Source: Fimicolochytrium jonesii (lineage: Eukaryota). Taken from it: 64,000 bases of DNA. The notes under the pieces were generated by a model, which had not been told where the DNA came from, did no database searches, and saw only the letters and a list, made by a program, of their open reading frames with translations. Location: contig NW_026515675.1 in NCBI RefSeq assembly GCF_025526975.1, forward strand, positions 248,001-312,000. Reading direction: 5' to 3'. The position numbers and the translations under genes were made by a program. Of this stretch, positions 1 to 12,245 are shown piece by piece (within the stretch, counting starts at the first letter, position 1; each line of letters opens with the position of its first letter).

Positions 1-134
1 GGATGTTGTGTAACTTCGCCTTTACATACCAAACTCTCTTCCTGAATAATCGACAGAATCAGCAAGGCTAGTTTGTGACCCAACAACACAGCACAGCCAT
101 CACATACCACAGATGTAGCACATCCTGGTTTGCG

Positions 135-190
135 AGCACACGAGAAGTAGCACACTAGGATTAGCACAACAGGATAAGCACACCAGGATT
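135..190. repeat. Degenerate 14-bp minisatellite, about 4 units
   Basis: Units AGCACACGAGAAGT, AGCACACTAGGATT, AGCACAACAGGATA and AGCACACCAGGATT at 135, 149, 163 and 177. Confidence 0.7.
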
Positions 191-1155
191 TACCAGATTT
201 TACCTGGTGAACGGGTTTCGGCCCTCTGCCTTGGCGGATACATGTGTCGGGTTCATAGCCATCTTGGTATATCTGGGATTGAATACAATGCATAAGCGAC
301 ATGTTGCAACTCGAAGGCAATTCCGGGAAGTTTCGCAGAACTCGGTGGGGAAGCACAGCCAGCTGAGGTGAGGTATCCGCACCTACTCTATGAGTTTGAG
401 GCTCAGGTCAGAGCTAATTTCCCATGGGTTTCAGTCTTCTTTCTCGTTCTGGATTCTGGGCGTCTTCCCAGGTTCCGAGTCTGCGCTCTCGCTCGTTGTG
501 GTATGCTTCCCCAAAACTTCAGTTGCTACACTCGCTGTTATGGAACCGCCCTGCTTTTGCCAATGCTCCCTTTCACTCGGTGGTGAATGTGCTACTACCC
601 AACCTACGATATGCCAGGGTATGCTTGAAGCTCTACACCAATTTTGAAACTGACACGAGGACGACGGAGAAACAAGAAACTTGGTTCCCACCCTACGACT
701 CCCCGGTTTCTGAACAAGGTTTGAATTCCACACTTTATTCCTTCGACGCTTTCGACGCGTATGCCCAAGATGCATGTAAGATGGGTCCAGCATACTTACA
801 TACTATGTACGCAAAGGCATTGCGTGCCAAGAAGCGACGGGACCTGAGGAAACACTGATGGTGAAGCACCTTCTGTCGTATGCCGTGGGGAAGTTTGGCC
901 CTACCCGCGTCTCCGTCTCCAAATATTCGCACTGACTGAGGAACTTCCTCGGAAGATAGGTTCGTGCATTGCCGACATTTATTGTTCAGTCTGAGCAATC
1001 GACTCACAGCACTTCGATGTAGCATCGGGATTTGGAGCAGCAATGAATAAGCGTTATTTGCGCTAACGATCAATACAAAGACGGGTACAGAAGAACGCCG
1101 TGATAAAGATCGGGCCCCGCCGATGCCCTTCCAAAACGTATCCATCATCTTCCCC

Positions 1156-2211
1156 TCACATCCCCTTCCGACACGAATCACAAAACTTCGCCTTCCTATC
1201 CGCTTCTTCCCTCACTATCTTCAACTGCCCTTGCAAAAACTCTTTGCTTTTGCCCAAAGCCAAAATCAGCCTATCCTTCCTCTTATTCTCCGCCTCGAGA
1301 TGGGTGATATATTCGTGGATGTTATCCGCCGACATGGTTGTCGTAGCTGAACTGGAGGGCGTCGCGTCTGTGGAGTCGAAGATGGTCTGCTGCGAGCAAT
1401 GGAAGGGGGTCGGGGAGGGCGGAGATGAGAGCAGGGAGGACGTTTTCTGGGGTGCTTTGCGGTCGACCGTCGCGGGTGGGGTATCAAGCTCGTGGAACTG
1501 AGGGAAGCGAGGCGGCGGGCCTTGGGGAGTGAACGCGTTGGGACGGGCTTCGTGCGGCGTCGGCGTTGGGAGAGGATGTTTTTGGGTCGACCCCGAGGTA
1601 TGGGACTTTGGTGCTGCGGGCGCAAACGGGTTATTGTCGGGATGTGACGGTGGAAGTTGCGACGACGGTGATGTTGTGCCCGGGGAATCTCTCGTCCGTT
1701 TCTTAACCCGCCCATTATCATACGCGCTGCGTCCCATCGAGGTTGATTTGCCCTGTGGACCACTCGTTCCAGCTTGGACCTGTGATCCTGCTCGGCCTGG
1801 GTTCCCCGCCTCAGCCCCCACTCCATAGAACTCCTCGGCTTGCGAGGGCGCCTGTGACAATATCGTATCCTCATCGCCGCCGAAATCGTCGTCGGCGCTT
1901 GAATATCCGCCCCATTCTGTTCCCTCGCTATCATTCCAACTGGAGCCAATTCCAGCCTGAATCCCTCGCTGTGTGCTATACCAGGCCGTTGGAGAATCTG
2001 AATAGCCGAAGCCCATCGCTGTCGCATACGATGAAGACGTATTCCCCCCACATAAAGCTGGATCAATATATCGCGACGGTTGCGCCTTTCGCGGCGCAGG
2101 TGGTGGGTTGCTGGGCATATTATAACTGCTTCCTCCTGATTGAGGAGGCGGTGTGCTTTCGTTTTGCCGTCCTACTTGTCTTTGCAGCCGACGATCGGAT
2201 GGGGGTTGCAT
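1156..2211 (-). CDS. Hypothetical low-complexity protein with C-terminal coiled coil
   Basis: 351-aa ORF, S/P/G-rich, ending in a heptad-like stretch (IHEYITHLEAENKRKDRLI...) and a CxxC. No family recognised; exon structure uncertain. Confidence 0.45.
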   Translation of the reverse strand: MQPPSDRRLQRQVGRQNESTPPPQSGGSSYNMPSNPPPAPRKAQPSRYIDPALCGGNTSSSYATAMGFGYSDSPTAWYSTQRGIQAGIGSSWNDSEGTEWGGYSSADDDFGGDEDTILSQAPSQAEEFYGVGAEAGNPGRAGSQVQAGTSGPQGKSTSMGRSAYDNGRVKKRTRDSPGTTSPSSQLPPSHPDNNPFAPAAPKSHTSGSTQKHPLPTPTPHEARPNAFTPQGPPPRFPQFHELDTPPATVDRKAPQKTSSLLSSPPSPTPFHCSQQTIFDSTDATPSSSATTTMSADNIHEYITHLEAENKRKDRLILALGKSKEFLQGQLKIVREEADRKAKFCDSCRKGM

Positions 2212-2745
2212 TTCCTGATAGAAGTGGCACTTGCGCTTGCCCCTCTCAAACTGGTTTGGACAACCCCAATAAGTTGCTATCGATGAGGCTTATAAGTGGG
2301 GAGGACTAGATGGTAAGAAGGCATGAAAGAAAACTCACATTTAGTTTTATGTACCGGGACTAGTTTCGCTGGAAGATTGCATCCGCACAACGGCGGTGAT
2401 TCCATTGCCTATCGGTTCAAAGTGGCTTTCTGAACGCGGGGCAGGTGAGTCGACTTCGGCTCGTCCAAAAGCTGCTTTGAGCTGCATATGGACTTTCAGG
2501 CGCGGAAGGAAGCCGTTTCTCCAGTGGAGCTATCTGTGTATGTATAATAGGTCTTCAGCTTTCAGCGAGCAGGCTCTCCACCCCAGTCTCCAGTGTCCTG
2601 CCAGGTCTCCACGCCCGTTCAGACCCTCGTGCCTCTCGTGCTCTCGTCACAGTCACAGTCGCGTGGGACGGCGAACTGCTTGAACTCTGGAGACTCTCGT
2701 CGTTTATAAAAACACAAGTACGAGATATCGCAGCTGCCGCGGACG

Positions 2746-4559
2746 ATGCGGTTGCAACAGTGTCAAGCGTCATCACGGCTTTTGGCCACCCGGCTACGAG
2801 GGATAGTTCATAATGGGTCTCGGCACCAGCGCTTCCTCCAAACGGCGACCGAACGCATGTCGAACGCTTCATATGGACTTGGGATGCGGGTTTCTGTAGG
2901 ACTATTGATAGGGGCGGGGGCCTTTGGGCTGTATACTCAAAGCAAGGCACCCATCCTCTGTGATGACGGCGCTAAACAAGGGGTATGTAAATGCATACCG
3001 TACGGCCTTCTTTTGAAGTATAACTCAAGGGGGCAATTGGCTCAGGTGTATGATAGGTGGAAAGACGACAAGATCGGCGCGTATGAGAATCGTATCAGAA
3101 GCTTCTCACATCCGTGGAAAGTGTTCCAATACTTTGCAACAGCAGTAAGTTGTTCTACATAGACTGGGAGGAAAGTGAAGGACAGTATCTGACTCGTACT
3201 CAAACTCAGCATAAACATGGACAACCATACATGACCACCGAGGACTTTATTCGGTCATTAATGCCATATCGAAGCTATCGCGCGTCTGTAAGTGGGAAGC
3301 GCCCAGAGTGATAGTGGGAGAACGGACGAATGTAACCTGGTCGGATGCAGGGCAAGCTCAAGCGGGTGCCATCAGCAGAAGCCTTCTTCGCGTTGGCCGA
3401 CACAGATGGGGACGGCCTGATTAGCTTCTCGGAGTATATGATCTTCTTGTGTCTTCTTGGCACACCCGAGTTCCACTGGAAGATCAGCTTCAAACTCTTC
3501 GACATTAACGGCGACGGGACAGTGTCGAAAGATGAGTTTGAGAAGATCATGCTTCATCATGCGACGGGGCTTGGCTTTGGCAGTCGGTTGGGGTGCGTAT
3601 CAAGCTTCGGGTTGCCGAATGATACGAGCTGTGAAAATGATATGTAGAACCTTCCCGCAGCAACCAAGAAAGACAAAAAGTTGATGTTACGCACAGCGGC
3701 ATCTACAAACTGTTCTTTGGAAACCAAGGCGAGAAGAACATGGTCTACGACGAATTCATAGGTGAGTCCCATCTCATGAGAGTACCATCATCATGATTTG
3801 CGTCTCATCCGTATTGCCCTCCCCAAAGACTTCATGAGAAGACTTCACCTGGAGACCTTGAAGTTGGAATTCGCCCAGTTCGACGTGGAGGAGAAGACGA
3901 ACAGCATCAGCATGAGGGACTTTGCGCTTTCATGCATCAGCTACGCACCGCCATCGCAACTACCGAAATTGATTGACAAAGCCGCCCAACTGCCGAACTA
4001 TGCGGAGCGGGTGACGTTTGACGAGTTTTATGGTATGGGGGATAACAAACTGTCGTCTTGCAGTCTATCTCAAATAGGAGCTGATGCGCGTCTTATAGCA
4101 TTCGATCAAATGGTTAGAACGCGATTGCATGATCTGGGACTGGCCTACAAGCTGTATACATCCATGGAGCACGGACTGGATCGGACAGACTTCCGTCGCG
4201 TCGTCAAGGCCGTCACGACCACCGACTTGACTGCTGGTAAGAAACCAGTCAAGTTTATCGAAGGAGAAGATCTCCATCCTCACAACGATGCACACCGTTC
4301 ACAGGACAAGTCGACGTCATCTTTGAAATGTTCGATTTCAACCATGATGGGTAGGTGATGGCTTATCAGAGAACAATATACGGTCCGAATCACCAATACC
4401 ACTCCTTGCATTGTTAGATACCTCAACATCGACGAGTTCTACCAACAAGTGATGAAAGGCAGACATTCGAGAGGACTGGACACGGACAGGAGCATCGGGA
4501 TATCGAAATTCTTCCATACGGTGTCCAAATGTGTACGGGAGGCTTATGATGAGACGTAG
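2746..4559 (+). CDS. MICU1: Mitochondrial calcium uptake protein 1-like (EF-hand), multi-exon
   Basis: Basic presequence and hydrophobic segment. Motifs YENRIRSFSHPWKVFQYFAT and YMTTEDF match the MICU1 N-domain. EF-hands DTDGDGLISFSEY and DINGDGTVSKDEF, with a further C-terminal EF-hand across the last intron. GT-AG introns restore frame; stop TAG at 4557-4559. Confidence 0.9.
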
Positions 4560-4968
4560 AGGGACGAAGGGGGAGGAGCCCTTTTGGGCTCATGGAGGGA
4601 CTGATCCTACGCCGCTCGAGAGTGGATGAAGAACACTCCTTTTGCACATGTACATATTTCAGAGAGGTTTTGCGTGGTGGAGAGACAGTGGGCGGAGCGT
4701 TCGAATACAACTTCTCCATCTGCCCCCGAAAAGTTCCGGACAGCTGTTGATTGGGAAAACAAAAGTCGCAGCGCCGATTCCCCCTACCTTTACTCGCGCG
4801 GGCTTTGATGCGCTCTGCGAGACCGAGCGTTAGCGAGGGCGAAAGGAGCGAACACCTTCGCAACCAAAGTGAAGGGAGGGACGGGTGAGTTCCAGATCCA
4901 TTGCACCGGAAGGCCCTTGCGCAGATCGCGAAGGGGTTAACTCGTCACGGGCGGACTTTGCTGCTATA

Positions 4969-5159
4969 CAGTAGGTGGCCAGATATCTGGGTACGACGGG
5001 TTCGCCAAGCCTCCGTGTGCAACCCAAAAGTCAACGACAAGGTGCCGTCAATTTGCGTACTTCTTCAGATGGGCAGGCAGGCCGGCGACTTTTGCTGGTG
5101 GCTATGGTCGGGATGATGTGTCCTTGTCGCGTCGTACCCAGATATCTGGCCACCTACTG
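4969..5159. mobile_element. MITE, Tc1/mariner-type, 191 bp
   Basis: Perfect 30-bp terminal inverted repeats CAGTAGGTGGCCAGATATCTGGGTACGACG (4969-4998 and 5130-5159), TA on both sides (4967-4968, 5160-5161), no transposase ORF. Confidence 0.88.
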
Positions 5160-5548
5160 TACAGTAGATCTTTTTCTGGAGCAGCCTGAAGCTGCAAACC
5201 GCCAAAAAAGTTTGAAGAAACGCGTGCAAGCTGCGACACAAACGCGTACTGTATGACGACTATGACGACCCTCAACTTGCCCTCAACTCCACGGTGAGAA
5301 CTCCAGGATACCAAACACTGGCAGCAGCGTATAGTATCAGACTAGCCGTGGACCATAATGCTAGTCCAACGCAGCAGGCCCCACGGTTGTTTAGATCTAG
5401 AGGCGGCTCACCGCCAAGCGTACGTTGCGGCATCACAATGATCCGCAATGCCCCTCCTGCCCTGTTTATATGAGGGCGGCTCCGAAGGCCGTATGTACGT
5501 TCTCCATCCGCTGCCAGCAGGTGCGTCCGTCGAGAACTTACCTTCGCC

Positions 5549-7860
5549 ATGTCCATTTTTTCCAACGTCCTCGTCCTCGACGTTTCAGCGGGTACAGGGT
5601 AAGAACCGACTGTTCACTTCAAGTGTTTTTCAGCACAGTCTGTGAGCACAAAGTCTAAAGCCATTTTTTCCCCTGTTGCATTAGCGCAGCCCTTGTTCAG
5701 GCCGTCGTCACCATTATTGGATGGGCCCTCTGCTTGATAATGGTGACCGCTCTCACTATGTACCTTGCCGATAGTAGAGTCTCTGCCAGACAGCTTTCTC
5801 TGGCGTCGATTCTGAGTGGAACCAAAGGCTCCCCGGCAATCGTTGGCATACGAGCTTTCATAACCTGGGAAGTCCATCGAACCCCCATTCACCTATTCTT
5901 GCTCGTGACGGCTTTGATGTTGGCGGCCGTTCCACTCCTGCAAACTGTCGCCCAGCTTGGTGTTGGTACCGTTACGCGTTTACGGCAGATCGACCGCAAT
6001 GACGGATCTGTCTTCCTTTCCAACGGTTACGGGAGCTCTTCGTTGTTCGACCCGCGAACCGACAATGGCACTGCTGTAGCACCCACGAGCTGTCGCGCAA
6101 ATTCCACGGACCACAGTTGCGACTACCAGTTTTTTGACGAGCTGAGCAACCCTTGGCAGTGGGATCACCCTCTCAGCGGGTTTACGTACCGTGCACTCAA
6201 AAGACAGGTCTTTCCTGGAGAGGATAACTTCATTGCCAGGCCGCTTTCCCTGCGAAGGATTCTGAAGGATGAGGACGGCACTATCATCGACGGCCTACTG
6301 AAATTGCCCGATGCTGAGGGTGTCATCAGTATCCCAGCATTGGAAACCCGAGAGGGCTCCCAGACGAACATCACCGAAGCCATCTATGGCGCACCGACGA
6401 CAGTGGTGCGCCCCACGTACTCGTGTGTAGATACTCACATTGTCGGGATGACATTTGTAAGTGAGCAATCCTGCCTAGGCGCGCTTCAAATTCATCAAAG
6501 CGACATCTAACCCGTCTTCTAGTACGATGGAACTGGTATCAGGATACAGACGAGACCCGGAGAAGGCTTCGTTCGGCACGCCCAACCCACCGGAGATCCA
6601 GCTGTGATTCAAATCTTGGAAGACGTCCGGACTGCTCTGCACACTATAATATCCAACAGCAGTAACCACAAAAACCCCGGCTTTGCGTATAAGGACGTAA
6701 TTTTCATCAACACGACGATAACCCCTCTGAACGCCATCGACATGGACAGCCCTTTCCTAAACTCGCCTCTCAATGACTCAGCGCCGATGAATCGTGCCCG
6801 GGTAGAATGCGACAACCGTATCCAAAAGCTTCTGACCGGGGCCGAGAGAGCAGCGCCCATAAGAGATCCGATCTGCGTTCTCAACACGTTCACTTTCGAG
6901 CTTCTCACCGACGGGCTTGTCTTTCCGGCCTACAAAACGGTTCTCTGTGCCCCGGGAATCGAAGTGGGCCGCGCCAAACCCAAATTGACCTGCGCTGACC
7001 CGCGATGCCAGAAGTACCGGAAGATCCACCTTGATTATATCCCTACGCGGTTGGAACGGGACGATTTTCCTTTTAATAGTTCTTATTACATTTACTACCG
7101 GAATACCACCATTGTCGAAGACTCGAAAGGGAAGGCTTTGAACTATTACGGAAACCTAGCCCCGGCTGAGGACTGGCTGGAATTTGGAGCGCTCGTCGCT
7201 CAGGCACCTTGGCACGTCTGGAAGTTGCTGCATCGGCGACAGGCGCTCAAGTACGACGCGTCGATCATCGAGATGGATTCGCGAATGCCAATCACGGCCC
7301 TGCTGAATCTTACAACGAGCGTTATTGAACTCGACACGTTCAGTACGGCCATCCGAAACGCATGGGCAGACGGCTTCCTCATGAACTTGCGCGGAACGAA
7401 CGCTAATAGCTCGACCATCGGGACGTGCGCGTCGTGCATTACCGCCGTGGAATCTCGCATCGAGTTCTCGTACGATCTTCGGTACGGAGCCGCATTGATC
7501 TTGTTGCTGCTCCTTGCTATCGTCCTCGCGGCATATGCGTACGCCACCCACGTACCCTCCTCCAATCCCTCAACAGTGTCCGCCAACCCAAAAACGAGGA
7601 GCCGATACCGAAAAGCGGTTCGACTGCAACGCAAACTGGACGTCGGGAGGTACATTACGAGTAACGATTGGCACGCCCCGTCGTACGACAAGAGCTGGAC
7701 GAAGTGGGCGGAAGCTGAGGGACGGATAAGTGAGTTGGATCTGGCGGACAATGCGTCGCACATGCCGGCGCACTCGACTCCACACGATCAAGGAGCCCCG
7801 TGGGTCCCGGCGGGCACGCACGTTCACGACTCGAATGATCCGAAGGTGGACGAGCCGTGA
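5549..7860 (+). CDS. Uncharacterised membrane glycoprotein, spliced, 5' end uncertain
   Basis: ORFs 5734-6510 and 6604-7860 joined by an intron starting GTAAGT at about 6457. Two N-terminal hydrophobic helices, a Cys/N-x-S/T-rich lumenal region and a C-terminal TM helix (YGAALILLLLLAIVLAAYAY). Confidence 0.7.
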
Positions 7861-8212
7861 TCGTTAAGGCGTAAACACCATCATTTGCAGAGTAGAATAG
7901 AGTAGGGGTAGTATTGCAGAGTAGAATGTACGATCACTGGTTCGCATGCCTGGAACATGGACGGTCGTTACCCCTCCCCTCGCAAGAAGGAAATCACGCT
8001 CCTGAAAAGCAGCTCAGTGGGTAGTTGTGAACTATATAACGCCAACACTGCTAATATACATGTACATGGGAAACCCTACTACTATCCTATGGGAAGGCGT
8101 TACGATTTTGTAGTGCATTAAGGGGAAAGCAGAGTGATAACCCAAAAAATGTTTTGTGTGTATGGGTTTTGATAAAAACCCCATAGTTGGCGATGACCGA
8201 CGGGCGAGAAAC

Positions 8213-11200
8213 TTAACCGAAGCGTACCCTCTTGCGAGGCTGCTCAATGACTGCATCGGTATCCCGATCTTCGTAAATGTCTTCCCGTTTGGCACCCGTA
8301 TGCGTCGTGCCATCGACCGTCCTGCTCTTCTCGCCACTCATCCCGATCCCCGGGTCCGCGCCCATGGCGGTGGACGGCACTACAAGATCAGTAACGTCAC
8401 CGACGCGCTCATCAGCCGCATCAACATAATAATCCGTCGCATCCGCATGCAGCGCGAGTCCGGGGGCCGGTATGAGCGGGATCGGTTTCGCGAACCTCGT
8501 GAAATGGTTCTCCTCCTCCGTCGTGACCGTAATCATATCCGTATCCTCACCACTGTTACTTTCCACCATCTTCGCCGCACTCAACATCCCCCTCAACTTC
8601 CCATCCTCCAACATACTCCTCGGCTCCCTCCTCCTGCCCTCATCCGCATCCCCACTACCCAAAATTTCCCCCCGTCTCCTCAACACCGCCTCCTCCATCG
8701 TCCCCCTCGCCACCAGCGTCTCGACATACACCGGGTGAGTGGCCCCGATACGGTGGGCACGCTTGATAGCCTGCCGCTCCATGTCGTGTTGCCAGACGGG
8801 GGAGACGAAGTAAACGCGAGAGGCGGAGGAGAGGTCGATGCCCCAGGCGGCGAGGCGGAGGTCCATTATTATTATGGGGGTTGATGGGGAGGTGTTGAAG
8901 GTTGTTACAGAGTGGGAGCGTTCGGAGACGCGCTGGGGTGCGGGAGGGGTTTAGTAAGGGTTCATGTGGAACAGGCGGTGGGATTTGCGTATGAACGGAG
9001 GGAAAGGATTTGTAACATACCATTTGCCTGTGAAACAGGATACAGCGGACTTTGGCAATCCTGCACACTTCATGGAGATAATATATCTCTTGGATGAACT
9101 GCGGCCAATGAGGAAATGAGAAAGGGCGACAATACTGGAGGTTGCCTATTCAAAACTCACCTGGCAGTAGATAATGATCTTCTCGGTCGGCGAATGCTTG
9201 ATGATCTGTGGATGAACGAAGGTTTAGCCCTACGGGTTCGAAACTAGAGAAGAAACGAATAGCGAAACACCGCGCGCATATCGCGATAAACCCACCTGAT
9301 CCGCCAAATAACTCAACTTCACACTCGCGCTTCCCAAAACCTCTCCCCCCTCTTCCCCACCCCCCGTCCCAATCCCCAACGTCACCCGCTCCTTCTGCTT
9401 CCTCTTCTGAAAAGCCTCCAAATCCGCTCCCTTAAGAACGGCATTCCCCACATCCGTCCACGCAGTCGTCTTGCCCCCCAACTGCGCATGCGGCCGTCGC
9501 ACCTCATACACCACATCTACGACTTTCACGATGTTGCGAAGCAGGTCGCTTTGGGACGCTGTTGTCAGCACGGCTTGGATTTGAGTGAGTTGGGCGAGGT
9601 CTGCAGGGGAGTAATGCGGGCTTTCCTTGTCATCGATGAGGGCGTGTGTGACGTTGTTGAGGGCGGTGTGTAATTGTGAGATGAACTCCGGGTCGGCGAA
9701 CCAGAAACAGGATAACTGTAAGTTGTTGATGACGTCTTTTAGGGGTTTAGCGTTGTTGGCGTGGAAGAAATAGTCCTGGTGTTCGCGTTCGGAGAGGACC
9801 GCGTTGGCGCCGATGAAGGCGATGATGCAGTTGTGGAGGAGGCGTTGGGTGTACCCGAGCTCGAGCGTGACGATGGTCTCATGCAGCGGGGGCAACTTGA
9901 CGTCGCGCTCAATATCCTCGAGTTTGTTGCGGACCATCAGGCGGGACATCAGGTCTTGCAGCTTCTCGTAGCCCCTGAACCCTCTCTCGAGGAAGGGTTT
10001 CATGATCATGTTCCTGAACACGTCCCTCGAGGACGCGAACGGCTCGACGCGGAGGAAATCGGTCAGGAGGGCGCCTAGTTTCTGCAGATCTTTTTGCTCC
10101 TCTGCGTCGAAATTCTTCCGTAAAATGTTAGGCATGGGCGTCCCGGTGCATACCCACCGTCTATCGCACTCCAGCTTCGCGGCTAACGCGACTTGGTTAG
10201 CTTCCTTGCGGGCCATCACGTGCCCCTCGTCGACGATCATGCGGAGCCACCGGATGTCGAGAAGGGGGGATCGGTACCGCTCGCCGTCTTTTGTGACGCC
10301 GTCTAGTTCGGCGCCGAAGCGAGGGTGAGAGATGAGGACAATGTCGTATTTGAGGAGGGTGAGGGCGTCGGGGACGGGGATGGTGTTGCTCAGGATTAAG
10401 ACTTCGAGGGTTAGGTCATGGACGTGCTGAGAGTGTTATGCGGGTCAGCGTGAAGATCCCCGTGGTTGCAGGCGCAGGATAATTTCAAACATACCTTGAT
10501 CAGCTCCGTCTGCCACTGATCCACCAAGGTATCAGGCACAACCACCAAAGTGCAAGACGACAGATAGATTTTTTCCTTCGGCGCCACCCTCCCCCTACTC
10601 GCTGCCCACATATTGTTCTGGTTCGCATACTTGAAAAAATAGGAGGGCGACTTGCGCAGAAGTTTGTACAAGTGACTTGGGAAGATATCCTTGTAGTGTG
10701 TGAATGGTATTCGGTGGGTGAGGATATGGGACGCAACTAGTTTCTTTAGTGATGGCGCGCGACGGACGGATGCCTCGTTGTCGTCCCGGCTGTCCATGAT
10801 ACCCAACCAATACGGATCTAAATCCGCATACACTTTCTGATCAACGCAGTCAACCGGTGGGATGCTGATATGGTGTCTCGTTTGAAGAATAAGGGCAATG
10901 GCAATGCAAGTCTTTCCAGTTCCCATATCCTCGCAAATGATACCGCCCCGATTTTCCTCCCAGAAGAAAGGACTCGCGAATACTGATCCCGTGGAGATCT
11001 GTATCCAGTAGGGCGCTCCACTGTCGGGAGACTTGCACTCCATAAGATCGGGATCGAGGACGTGCTGGGGTAGTAGCTCGCGTTGAAGGAGCTTCCAGAG
11101 TGTTCGTCTTTGGTAGCCGTAGAGCGTGCTTTTCATGCCATTAGGCGCATCGGCTGTGATACTGTCCTCCAATAACGCTAATGCCTCGGTGTCTTTCGTG

Positions 11201-11858
11201 TCTTGTAATGTGAATGGGGCAGGGGACGACATGTTTGCGTAAATGTCACTTAGACTCACTTGCCTGTACTACATAGCGTCCAGTGTTAAGGCGGCTGCGG
11301 CAAATTTCCCTCCTTCAATCTGTTTGGTCCTACCTCATGCGAGAAGAGTCGTTTTCTCTCAATGCCATCAGTCTCTCCCTTCCAAGACTCCTCGCTCGCG
11401 TCAACGAAGTTCAGCAGCTCATTCAGCAGCTTCCGGCATGTCTTCGCCTGTGTCTTCGACAGACCTCCAAACTGTCTCCGACCACCCTTATCCTCGGGCA
11501 AAAGGAATAACCTCACCAACACGCTATCTCGTGGCGAATCGACCTCGTATACGACACTGCTGACAGTCGTCTCCCCTTCTATCTTGACCTCTGGGCATGG
11601 CTCTACATCAGAAGACGCTACCAAAAGTGGTGTATACTCTGCCCGAGCCAGACCACAGTCGCACACATAACTGAGAATATCGACGAGTGAGTGGTGTTTG
11701 CCGAAGGAAGTTGCGGGCTTTGGTTGTATTCTCCAGGGTACCCAGACACCGGGTCGTAATAGGTCTTCGTCATTGTCTGCGAGCAGGAGGATCACGTCCT
11801 TGAAGGCTATTTGCAAGGTTCCTACAGCTACCCAGTCCTGAGAGTCGTTGGGCGGCAT
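8213..11858 (-). CDS. SNF2-family helicase/ATPase, multi-exon
   Basis: Q-motif LYGYQ, motif I GGIICEDMGTGKT, Ia TLVVVP..LVDQW, II IVDEGH, III WVCTGTP, V AAWGIDL, VI QAIKRAHRIG. First true ATG (MPPNDSQ) at 11858. Confidence 0.9.
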
Positions 11859-12245
11859 GCTGCAAGCGTCCCCTGGGGTCCTTACGCCCTCCTTGCCAGC
11901 CAGTTGTTGTGCGATCAGCGTGGGAAAATGCCAAATTGCCCTGGACAAGACTCAAGAGTCCTAGAGACCTCACAAGCGCGACGTGACAAGCACATTAAAT
12001 GCTTCCCTCCCAAATGCACGTGACCGTCAGACCCCATTTAATTGAAGTTCATTCACAAAAAGAGCCATCTCAATTACTCATCAGAACTCGTTTTGACGCT
12101 GCGTCTTTCTCTCCACCACTCCACCACATTCCACATTCTGACCTTCCACAGTTGACTGTGAAAGGCTCAAGCTTCGAGTATATTCTGATCGCCAGCCTCT
12201 TCTCTACCCCACTCTCTCCTTCATCCAAAGCGAAAACGCAAAAAA

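Noticed and set aside
424..858. 144-aa ORF near the window start
   Set aside because: No recognisable family or confident exon structure; may be a gene end or relic.
7886..7928. 14-bp direct repeat TTGCAGAGTAGAAT in a 3' region
   Set aside because: Short local duplication with no evidence of an element.
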